Source of the DNA: Azolla caroliniana
Taxonomy: Eukaryota > Plantae > Polypodiophyta
Direction: 5' to 3'
DNA: 64,000 bases
Assembly: GCA_043228905.1 (NCBI GenBank)
Contig: JBHGNT010000001.1
Coordinates: 32,054,001 to 32,118,000, forward strand
The position numbers and the translations under genes are program-made. This document shows positions 52,461 to 64,000 of this stretch, piece after piece. Position 1 is the first letter of the stretch. The number at the start of each line of letters is the position of its first letter. The notes beneath the pieces are model-generated. The model saw only the letters and a list, made by a program, of their open reading frames with translations. It was not told where the DNA came from and made no database searches.

Positions 52461-55400
52461 GATCCTTATGGGTTTGTCCCAATTCATAGGGTAACTGTTT
52501 TCTCAACTAACCTGCTCTCATAACCCATTAAAATTAGCTATAGAATTGTTCCTTAAGTTTATGACGATAACACTAGAGGATACCTTAGATTATTGGCATC
52601 AAAATAGAGCAAGTAGGTTGATTAACCTAATTATAACTTAGATTAGTGGTCTTAACACACAACTCCTTAGTTTGCTTACCTTAGGATCAACATCCGGTAC
52701 AACCATAGTGATTATCATCAGCTCATTACAAGAATCTGCCTTGGCTTATACAAGGTATGATGGACTATGGTTGGTGGTTAATGTATTCAAAATACCGTGA
52801 GTTATTTTGGGTTCACTACTCTTGGGGTTTGTGTGCCTAATGCGCGTTGGTGTGTGCATATTATTGATTGACATGTAAGGTGTCCCTTCTCCAGGACCAC
52901 CAAAGTAGTCACAAATGCTCAGACTTTTGACTTCAATATGCATCATATACAGTGGAATGATTGGGAGCCAACATTGCTTAACTGTTGGTTTTTGCCTAGG
53001 ATATTTAAGTACATTCTACATATAAACATGCCCCATATTAGCAGATCCTAGAAGCCAATACTCTACATCATTTTCATCCCATCTGATATTGCCTTACTAC
53101 TGCTCTATGGTTTACTGCTATACCCATTTTCTACACCTTGCAATGTTTCTCTTGTGTTTATTTTAGCTTAATCCACCAAGCCATTGGTAGCTTGGCATAT
53201 CCCCCATAGTTGCCATAATCGCCAGGCCAGATGTGTGGTAATTGTAATTGGCCAACAAGTGATGCTGGGAGCAGAACATCAAAGAACTCAATCACGATTA
53301 TTGGAACCATATAAACAATAATATTTGCAGCTTATCAGAGATTTAGACGAGGAATAATGTTGACTGATTCATCCATAACATTGCAACTTACTAGAGCACA
53401 TGGGTGTGAATGCATTTCTCAAAAGCTTTTGAAGGTAAGAGTCATAAACACTATGGCCGCAGGATTCAATTATTCCACAAGTATTGAGTATGGGATGCAT
53501 AATACTGTAAGAAAGATTCATCAAATTCAAGTTGAACTTATAATGGAATGCGTAATGAAATTTCTTAGTTTGATTTTGTGTAATATTGGTCAGACACACT
53601 GTCCATGACAAGTTCCATGATGAATATAATAAGCATCACCTTGAATTAGATTCATGTGTTGCAATAATGGCCATCATAAAGAAGACAGGATCATCATTAT
53701 ATGCATGATAATGTAAATTATCATTATTACTTCTAATATTGCTTGTTACTGCGTGTTTAGGGGGGGATTTGCTGCAGGGCAGATTTGATGATTTACGCTT
53801 GGACCAGAGATGGTAAAATATGTAAATCTTCAAAAGACTTTGGTTCTTCAAACTAAACAAACATATATGTGCAAATTGCAACATTTTTGTCAAAGTCTAC
53901 TGATAATTACTTTTGAGAATGGCAATTGTAAAGCTTTCTGCAATAACTCCAAGCTACGTGGTAAACATTGTACATGTACATGCTTTGCTTACTCCAATTA
54001 ATTCCTCAGCAAAATTTTTGGAGTGCCCTGCTCTCCTTGTGATGGATTGCCTATATTCGTTTGAATGTGAGCTATTTGTAATGGCCAGTAGAGTGGCGGT
54101 TCAAATATATATATATATATATATATGGTGTGTCCTATGATTTCAAGAAAAAAATCCTTCCTAATTAGGATATTGATTTTTAGCTTATAAAAGGAATGTT
54201 CTTAAACTGAGGTTTTATATATGCTTATTGTTGATGGCTAAATTTGGTAGCAGGTATGGTTGTTTTAATCTTTTCACTTCGGTGCCTCAAAGCCCATCAT
54301 ATGGTCTTCAAAACCAATTTATTAGGGTCCTCAATTCTTGGTGGGTGCCTATTGCTAGTTCGATGTTAGTGAGAGTGTATGCATGAATGAACTCTTCTAG
54401 TATTTCTCATTCCGTTTTTTTTTACCTCTTTTAGCACTATCACTAGTACAAGTTACAACCATTCAATCATTATGGTGATCTTACATCAAGTGACAATTAT
54501 TACCCCATGTGGGAGTTGTATGAGATATTGGATGAAGCAAACCAATGTTTACCATGTGTGTAAGCTATACAAGATTGTGCATTGAGCAATTGATATTGGA
54601 ACCATGTGTTTGAGTTCTAGGAGATGCGAGAGATACAACCCACATATGTTGTGGTAAGGCATATCACAAAGCAATGGGAAAATCTAATAAATTTTATTTT
54701 AATACATGAGTGAATGGTATATAACTTGAAAAAAAATTGATCCCCGTTTATGTGTGGATGGATATGTGCAAAATCACCAAGGAAAACGTATCACTCATGG
54801 CATGAATACCTAGGTATGTATATAATTAAATGAAAACAAAATAGTATATACATATGAGGCATGTATTGCATCCCACTTGGCACTATGGTCCAACATTTTA
54901 ACCTCAAAAACCTTACTATCACCTCTACCATTTAGGCTTGCTTCCACACTTTGTGAAGCCAACAAAGAAATAGAGCTATTAAAAGCTTCCAATGTCGGAG
55001 ATTGACCAAAGTTTGATACACCAATCTGGCATATATGTAGTTCAAACACTACAAGGAATCAAATAGAGTTTCACTTTCTCCATTTGTCAAATGTAGAAAG
55101 TAATCAATGGTCAAATGTCATATATTAGTAATTGATCTTCTGAAAAAATTGCAATGTTTGTAGAAAAAATAAGCCAATGATCTTTTTAAGTTTGTCTCTT
55201 AATGTTCACGAAAACAAAACAAAAATGAGTGTAATGCTCATCCGAAGTATGACTATAAAATGATCGAGTTGATTGTTATTCATTTCTTTCTAAAAAGTGG
55301 TGGGACTATTGGTCAATCCAAACAACATGATTAAAAATCCATTAATGACTATAATGTGTGTGAAATATAGTTTTAGGAATGTCTTTCTCAATGGTTATTG

Positions 55401-55669
55401 TGAATCATGATGGTAGCAATTCACAAATCAATTTTCGTAACGTAACATGCACCATGCAAGCAATCCATCTATTCATCAACATAGTGCAATAAATACTAGT
55501 TTTTCATGGTCACTTTATTGATATCACAACAATTTAATATGCAATCACCATGTTGATTCTTCTTCCTTTTTAATAACAAAATTAATGCACTCTAAGGAGA
55601 TTTACTATGACAAAAGTGACCCAATCAAGCAATTCGTAAGTTACGTTGCAATTTTATTCTCTTTAATGT

Positions 55670-55737
55670 GAATACGTTGGCTCGTTACTTCGTACGAAAC
55701 AATGAAATGAGAGAGTCAATTAAGATTATTCAACAAC
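55670..55737 (+). other. Short organelle-derived insertion resembling plastid ndhH
   Basis: [21 protein letters not shown] resembles NdhH [23 protein letters not shown]. Confidence 0.5.
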
Positions 55738-57650
55738 TCTCCAAGCCCAATAGCATGGGCCACAAGCTGTATCGCTTGAAGTCGAATCGCCAACCTATTA
55801 GTGAAGCAAACTCAATAAAACAACGGCTAGTACAGTATAATAATGGCCACAAACAACGGAATGTTCATGGGAACAACACCTAATATAGAGACCAAATTTG
55901 CAGGTAACATTACGAACTAATCTAGGTGGCAATTCCTAAGGGAACACTTTTTCAAAATCTTAACATGGAATATAGTATTATTCATTCATGGAAGTGGTTG
56001 GTTCACGTCTACATTATTTTGATAATATTAGCCATAAACGCGAGTAACAAACATGTCACGCATGTGTCTGCATATTGCACACATGTAAGTTGTGATGCCT
56101 AATGCATAAGATAGTGAACGTATGTGTGTGGGTGGGCATTGCTAGACTGACATGCACTTGTGTGAATGACTATCACATAAAGTGTGGACAATTGTTGTAT
56201 AATGGATATGGAGTCATAAAGAGCGCAATGGAAACTAGTTCATAATCAATATATGCATGATTCTATTTTAGATTGAACTTCTCCTAGTTATTTACATGTG
56301 ATTATTGTTACTCTTAGAACGATACCAAGCTCTACATAGATATACCTTCTAGTTGGATGGCAATTGCTTTTCACATTCTATGCACACTTCTGAACTTTGT
56401 GGTAAAGAAATTGGCATTCAACTCTTGAGTTTTTGTATAATAGACATTAAAGCACATACAATACTTTGTATGGTTACTATGATATCATGATTCACCGGTA
56501 TATTTTTGGCATGACATTTTGATGTAAGATAGAAGCGGCAAATAACATATAAGAAAACATGACATCCACTTTTTGGAAGCAAAGAAATCTATACAAGATA
56601 TGCTTGCAATTTCGTGGCAATATGGATGGAGGTCACACATCTTGTATAATGTGAAATTCTAATATTTGCACGTCGTCACTCTAATGTTTTGTTCTCGAAT
56701 TGATGTTGGGTGCAAAGCTTGGCTTGTAAATTGTACTTTTTCGCATCCATTAAATACTCCTTCTAGTGGTTGGTAAGATGAAACAAAAATTACCAGTGGT
56801 GTCACATGACACATACCACCAAGTATGACCTTATGTTATAGCTTGGAAGTTGAGATGAATGGATTTAAAGAAATAACGTCTCAAGATGCCATGATGCAAG
56901 GGATAACAAGTCTTCTTTTTATAGTTGAAGTACTTAGGCTCACATACCACCCGCCATATGTCGTAGTTGGTGAGTAGTGGTTTGTCCCAAGTCTTTAGAT
57001 TAATGGTTTCCCACATATCCTACCTTTAAACCATTGAATTTAGCTTTAACGAAGGCATTAGAGAGTTGTATTTAAAATCATTACAATTTCCATTCACCTT
57101 GCTTGTTCTCTGAAACACGAGTGGTTGTGCGTGCATCAAATTAGATAAATGGTTCACACCTCTAGCCGACCACGATGAAACATGCAAATTATTTGATGGA
57201 CAAAAACGATTGAGGCAACATTCGAACAAAATACTCCGTCACAGTGGATCGGAAGCAGCTTTGCATGTTGGGCTAGACTAATTTCAAGAGCAAGCCACAT
57301 ATTCAACATGGATTGATGACGTACTACTACTGGCTTTGGGCATCGAGACAATGGCACTCGAGCAATAAGGAATGAGTGGATAGAGAGCATCATTGTGTAG
57401 CCCTCCGTTCAATGTACGAGTGAAATATAAGTGGAATAAAGCGTGCGGATGAATAAAGGGCACAAAAAAATTGTTGCAAGGGAAAGGACGACAATAAGAC
57501 ATACATACATTACACGCATATGTATATGTATGTAATTATGTATATGTACATAAATACATATGTATGTAAATAAATACATAGAAGAGAATGAATGAAGAAG
57601 GATTTGAACCTTAGACCTCTAACAAAGACAAAAACCAAAGCTTTTTGAGA

Positions 57651-57659
57651 TTAGGGTTT
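57651..57659 (+). promoter_or_regulatory. Telo-box upstream of the RBP45/47 gene
   Basis: TTAGGGTTT directly upstream of the (CA)n(CT)n/GAA-rich 5' leader. Confidence 0.5.
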
Positions 57660-57863
57660 GATTGGGAGGCCGGTCTGTCCTGCCTATCAATATCTGCAGA
57701 TATTCTTCGGTCTCACACACACACACTCTCTCTCTCTCTCTCTCTGCTTCCTCGACAACAGCAGGAGGAGGAAGGAGCAGAAGAAGAAGAAGAAGAAGAA
57801 GGAGAAGCAGGAGGAGGAAGGAGCAGAAGAAGAAGAAGAAGAAGAAGGAGAAGAAGAAGAAGA

Positions 57864-60800
57864 ATGATGCATCCAGCCACAGAGCCACAGAAGCAGACAC
57901 AAGGTCAGCCATGGCCTGTTATGATGCAGCAACAACAACAACAACAGCAGCAGCATCAACTTCAACATCAACGCCCTTCTCCTTCCCCAAATATGCATCA
58001 GAATCAGCCACTCCCACCACAACAGCAGCAACAACCATACATGATGCAACCACCCCCCACCCACAACACTGCAGAGGTTTCTTCACCATATCCTTCCTCT
58101 AATAGTAACGCCCAAAACCCCGGTGAAGTTCGCACCCTCTGGATTGGGGATCTACAGTACTGGATGGACGAGAACTACATCTATAGTTGCTTCCTTCACA
58201 CTGGGGAGGTACAAAAAAGAAGTCGTTGTTTTCTTGTCTTCTTCTTCTTCTTCTCCTTCGCATCTCTCTCTTTTTTCTTTTGGTTTTTCTGCTTATTTTT
58301 TTAAATCTAGAGATCTATTCTGCGTAAGCCTTATCGATGCCGTTTTTCTGCTTGTATTCGAGATTCGTCTTTGTTTTGCATTCTTTCATCTTGGTTTGTT
58401 TTGTTTTGGGTGGATTTCTCTTTATATGAGATGGTTGTAAATGTGAGGAAACATATGCATATGGTTTATGATTTCATTATCTGCAGGACGCCGAATTTTG
58501 AATCACTGCATTTCTGTTCAATTTCTATTTCTAGAATTACGGGGTTTCTAGTCAATTTCTTGTAATTTTGCTCCTTCTGTATGTCACCTCATTTACGTGT
58601 CCAAGGTTAATATGTTCTGTTTTGGAACCTTTTTTGTCTTAGTTCTGTTAGTGGTATTTTTTACTTGAAAGCATTTAACAGCAAATTCTCCGCACAACCA
58701 AGAACTCACAATCCTCTGGCACTTGAAAATATGAAATTTGAAAATTTGATTATTCATTTATGTTGAAGGGGATTAACCGTATTCTTACTTTTGTGACAGG
58801 TTGTAAGCATCAAGATAATACGAAACAAGCAGACCATGGCATCGGAGGGCTATGGCTTCATTGAGTTCAACTCACACCTTGCAGCAGAGAGAGTATTACA
58901 GACGTTTAATGGGACACTTATGCCTCAAACTGAACAAGCTTTCCGATTGAACTGGGCTGCATTTGGTATGTCAGATAGAAGAAGTGATGGTGGTAGTGCT
59001 GGTGGCGGCAGTGGCGGTAGCCAGGATCATACTATATTTGTAGGTGATCTTGCCCCTGATGTATCAGATTATGTTCTTCAAGAGACATTCAGGTCTCGGT
59101 ACCCTTCGGTTAAAGGTGCGAAAGTTGTTATGGATACAATCACTGGCCGTTCGAAAGGATATGGATTTGTTCGTTTTGGGGATGAGAATGAGAAGACGCG
59201 TGCCATGTCGGAGATGAATGGAGTTTATTGCTCGAGTAGGCCCATGCGTATTAGTATGGCAACACCAAAGAAGTCTATGGGTGTGGCTTCACAACAATAC
59301 AGTGCTAAAGGTATTATATTCATGTTTTACTTAGAATAATCTAAGAAACATTTGTATTCACCATCTCTTGTTGTGGAACTGGTTATGAATAAAATAACAG
59401 CAGTGTTTATGAGGCTCTGTTGATTGGAACCATATTGGGGCCACCTTGGCCTGATCTTTGAGTGGCTTTTGAGGGACGGTATATAGCATTTAAATCAGAG
59501 ATCAAGAGAATTTAGATAAGCTTCTTTGTCCATGTCTAAGCTGACATCCCTAAGATTAATATTTTAGCATCAAACAATGATGCTGATTAAAATGATGGAA
59601 TCTACCAAATCCTTCAAAGTCTCTAGGTTTTTTAAAATTCCTAATAGATTTATGGTCTACCAGAGTTTTCAACATGAAAATTTTCTGAGCACCATCACGT
59701 GGATTTATTATAGTTTTACAGTTCCATTTTCAGTTTCCATCAGTTTTCCTTTACTGGTTATTTTTCCGGTTCCCAGCTTTTGATGCTGTCAAAAACTAAG
59801 TTTATCATCTTGGGCAGAATATGAAGGTAAACAGGATTCAAAGGCTTATAAGGCTGATTTGATCTTAAAGCAGGAGGTGAAGAGGCTCTTTTTCACTAAG
59901 GGTCCCTGCATCAAAACACTTCAACAGGAAAGCATCCTGCTGTTTAGTGGGTGGCCTCTTTCTTAGGTCAGTGCTACCATGATTGTCCTTTCACTGAAGT
60001 TGGTACTTTTAACTTTGGATGTGTAAGACACACATGCCACTTTTCGTTACTTATGTATAAGAAATCTTTTCCAGTTTTCTTCTTCTCTTTATCTGTAGGA
60101 GTGGTTCAATATTGCTCTTGGTTTCTTTCAAAGTTTCCTTTCCAAGACCCATTGATACTTGTCACTTGGCATGATATTAATCTCTTTATGTAGACTGTAT
60201 AGTGGTGATGCTTTAGTGCACTTGTTATCAACAATGCTTATCTTCTAAAGGTTTGCTTTATGGATTCATAGAAGAAATCATTATATGCCAAGTAATGCCT
60301 TTTTGTGTTTATTCCTAACGTATGCAGGAGCTCCATCACAAGGTTCAAATACAGACAATGATCCGAACAACTCTACTGTAAGAGCTGCTTACACTATATC
60401 TCTTTCAAATTAATCAGCTTCAAGCTTGACTTACTGCTCTGATTCTTTATTATGTTTTTGATTTTGCTAGGTTTTTGTGGGTGGGCTTGATCCAAATGCT
60501 AGTGATCAAGATCTTCGCCAAGTGTTTGGCCAGTTTGGAGAGTTGGTGTCTGTTAAGATCCCTGCTGGGAAAGGTTGTGGATTTGTACAATTTACGCACA
60601 GGTAATATTAACCCTCATGTATTCTTTCTTTATCCATATGTTTGTGCTTCTAACAAATGCTGATGTGAAGAAAGAGAGGCATGACTATATTAATGATTCA
60701 TAGAAAGCAGCCTTTAAAGTGGTGTGAATGACACTTTAACTTCTTTCTCAGAGCTTGTGCTGAGGAGGCGATCCAAAAGCTTCATGGTACAGTAATCGGG

Positions 60801-61101
60801 CAGCAATCTGTTCGTCTTTCATGGGGAAGGAGTCCAGCGAATAAACAGGTCGGCCCGTTTACAATCTTCATAGAAGTGGGATTATTTTCTTGTCATCTAT
60901 TGTAAAGGCTGCTTTTTGCAGAAACAGGGTGCTGGCTGGGGACAGGGGCAAGCTGATCCAGGTCAAGTGAACATGGGCGGCTATTATGGTTACGGACAAG
61001 GCTATGAAGGCTATGGTTATGCTCACCCAGCGCAGGAAGGGCCAGCTTATGCATATCCCAGTTACCCTGGGTATGGAAATTATCCACAGCAGACCTCTTA
61101 G
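57864..61101 (+). CDS. RBP47: Polyadenylate/oligouridylate-binding protein RBP45/RBP47 (Gln-rich N-terminus, three RRMs, Tyr/Gly-rich tail)
   Basis: Exons 57864-58208, 58800-59310, 60328-60377, 60471-60601, 60752-60848, 60922 (or 60928)-61101. Motifs TLWIGDLQYWMDENY, EGYGFIEF, IFVGDLAPDV, KGYGFVRF, VFVGGLDP, KGCGFVQF, VRLSWGR. RBP45 versus RBP47 is not resolved. Confidence 0.95.
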
Positions 61102-63323
61102 CCTAGGCCTGTAGTTGTGAATACAGGCCAACAATGATGGTGGGAAGCTTGTTGATGATTTTTGATTCCATTGTTATTTTCAGTTGATGTTGTTTGTTAT
61201 TCTAGAATATCCTCTAGTTTGGTTGGTTAAAAATTACATCCTTTAGTTAATGTTGGTTTTTTTACGGTATATAAAGGTTATGCTAGTTTGGAATTTATGT
61301 ATTATGTTGTCTAGATTTGGCCTGAGGTTGGGTTCAGACATGCTGACATGCTGATCTATGTGGTTTTGTTGATGATATTATTATCCTAATAACCTGAGGT
61401 TGTAGTAATTAGTCAGCATCAGTTGTGTTCATTGAGCAGTGATATGGCCGAATCATGCTAATATGAATTTGACCATGAAAAAGGAGGGTTTTTAAATGTT
61501 CAGCTTAGTTAAAGGGATTCTAGCTTTCATGAAGGGGAAGAACGAGACACCAACTGTGATATAGGGCTGTCTATCAATCACTAAAGAAACAAATTATGAG
61601 GCTGATATTTCCTTAAAAGTTCGAAGGATGTTGTCTCTTTATTTAGCTTGTGCAGTCATGAAGAGTATTCAATGCATGTAAGTTGCATTTACCCTATGCA
61701 TTGAGATATCCTTCAGAGTTGAATGAGTTGTGGTTGTGATATTGACAGAGTGATTGAATGTAGATTCTGATGAAAGATTCCCTGCTCTTTAAATGCAAAG
61801 TTTTGATATAGTAACTGAGATATCATTGATTTTCTCATCTCAATGGAAGTGCTAGTGTGAATTCATAACAAAAATTGTCTATAATTATTTCCAGTGTAGA
61901 ACTGCAAGGATCCTGGATAACTTACCAAATGCCCAATGCTTCTGGTTCAACCAAATGGCATATTATTGCTCCAATCTGCAATGTAAGAGTCACTGAGATC
62001 CAAGGGCAAACTTTTCACAATTGCCTACCTATTTCAATGCAGAATACATGGAATCAATATGAACTATCAAAGTGATTGTAGAAACCATCAATGAAATTCT
62101 TCCTTGCATTTAAATTCTGTTTCTTTTCTGGCTGTAAGAAATTCAGATACAATGTTTTGTTACTGTGTTTGAAGTCCAACCAAACCTTTGCATCGATGTT
62201 TGTGGTCATCAGCTCGTCTCAAACATTTTCATAACTCGACCATGTTGAACCCAATGTTTTAGATGTGTAATCTGAGGTGACGTGTGAAAGCAATCTGTAT
62301 GCCAAAGTATATCACATCCCTATGATGGCACATAGGCCACAAAGTGCATATTGACTAATGTTAAACTTTTGTTTTTAATTAGGGTTTATTAAGAGCTTCT
62401 TCCATGAGGCTAACCATTTGATGAGTGCTATGTAAATGATTCGCATTTTTAGTTTGACGTTTGTGCACAGCAATTTGTTTAAAGATTCATATGTAGCAAC
62501 CACATGAAGTTTTTGTGACCTTTACTAATACCTTGATAAAGCCAATGTGGTGCTTTTGTTACTTTACAAGTCATAAGTTGAAATATTTAGGGAAAAAATG
62601 ATAAAACATTGAAGACGATACCATAAAAGCAATAAGGGCGACCTTTTTCTTTTGTTATTGGTATATATATGCTTCGCCAGATTGTAATTCTCCATGGAAG
62701 GAGCAAGGTAGAGCATTTTGTTTCATTGACACCAAGAATAGTCTAGAGAGAGAATTTGTTTGGTTCACTTGTATTTCACATGTGCCACTCATGTACTTAA
62801 TGCATACCTATAGACTTATCGTTTGTTATTATATTGTTCTTTATCTTTGGGATGTACATAGCCACAAGTCTTGAGCATCCCCAAGGTACTTCCAAGCATG
62901 TGTGCGTGTGTATGGATGTGGATTGAACATGGATATAGCCAAACACCAAAAAATAACAAAGATAGAATTTCGTAATGGATGGAACGAACTCGGAAGTACA
63001 TCGGAGCCGTGATCGGGAGTGATGTGAGCCAATGTTCTTAGATTAGATCCGAATGGGCTTTTGGCACTATTCATGTAGAAGAGTTCCATGGTGCTGTATG
63101 TTATGTATGTATAATGATTGTGTGGCCCCTCCAATGAGTTAAAAACTTAAAGAGTGAGGGAAGAAGAGGAACAGACATTCAACAATTGGCATTGGATTGA
63201 GGTGAGCGAGCATGGATTATTATTATTACTATGGTGGTGGTGGTGGTGGTGCTCTGTTACTGACTGATTACCATGTATGTATTGAGCTATATAGCTCGCT
63301 CTTTACTTTGTTAGAGGAGAGAG

Positions 63324-63991
63324 ATGGTGGGATTTGCGAAGCCCAGCAGGGGCAGCACCACTCCCCATCTCTTCGTAGCCAATTGTGGGCCTGCCCTCGG
63401 CCTTCCTCTCTCGCAGATCCGTGATGCCTTCTTCTCCTTCGGCCCTATCTCTGATGTCTGTCTTGCCGATGCCTCTGGCTGCCGTGTCATCGTGTCATTC
63501 GATCGTGCCGCCGATGCCGAATCAGCCCTTGCCACACTTAACACCCTCCCTTGTCCCTCCCTTGGGAACCGCATCCTCCACATCCAGTACTCGATGGCCC
63601 GCCCTAACCCCGTCGACAAGGTCAGTTAGACATTCTTCTTCTTCTTCTTTGATTTGCATAACTAGTTTTGATGTTACCCATAAACAACATGATATGACCA
63701 TAACTAAATTTGTAGGCCAAATTGCACCCGTGTGTTTCTCTTTCAGCAGCTCATACTGGCATACCTGGCCTTTTTTTATACCAAGATTTCATCACAGAGG
63801 AAGATGAACAGGTTAGTTTGTTTATTTGTACACAATCTTAGAAACCCATAACGTTTGTTTCATTGGCTGGGAAGTGCAAGAAGCTCACTGTTTGGAGTTG
63901 ATAGGAGCTTCTTCGTGCTGTTGATGAAAGACCCTGGCAGCATCTCTCAAAGAGGAGAGTGCAACACTATGGTTATGAGTTTCAGTATAAG
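63324..63991 (+). CDS. ALKBH8: AlkB homolog 8 (RRM + 2OG-Fe(II) dioxygenase), 5' part; continues beyond the window
   Basis: Exons 63324-63620, 63716-63811, 63905-63991: HLFVANCGPALG, GIPGLFLYQDFITEEDEQELLRAVDERPWQHLSKRRVQHYGYEFQY. Confidence 0.92.
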
Positions 63992-64000
63992 GTGATGAGA

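Noticed and set aside
56550-57500. Transposase remnant
   Set aside because: Short ORFs without an identifiable catalytic motif or termini
57619-57863. N-terminal extension or alternative ORFs upstream of RBP45/47
   Set aside because: They arise from CT/GAA microsatellites and a duplicated 46-bp leader segment; the first ATG in the RRM frame is at 57864

Overview
Eukaryotic land-plant nuclear DNA: AT-rich, with spliceosomal GT-AG introns. A fern or lycophyte is my inference from the gene and TE content; the species cannot be determined here. Host genes: a multi-exon guanylate-binding-protein-like GTPase (GBPL3-type, minus strand, running off the left edge), a two-exon EF-hand + Zn-finger protein ending in a CaaX box, a probably truncated HAPLESS8/At5g56240-like gene, an RBP45/47-type three-RRM protein, and the 5' part of ALKBH8/TRM9. 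The space between them is a nest of decayed transposons: copia, gypsy and LINE remnants, solo LTRs and hAT MITEs with target-site duplications (TSDs), and a 5'-truncated retroposon family with (TTTC)n tails. The standout is at about 16.2-18.7 kb: a decayed, intron-containing gene encoding a bacterial-type beta-class N6-adenine/N4-cytosine DNA methyltransferase (DIPY ... YPYQKP ... DLFS[S]TGTT) fused to a long N-terminal region. It faces a divergent Cys-containing ORF across a TAGTTA-rich spacer and carries four palindromes at exact 40-bp spacing, which suggests a methylase-carrying mobile element. All protein family assignments come from motif recognition by eye; no database searches were run.
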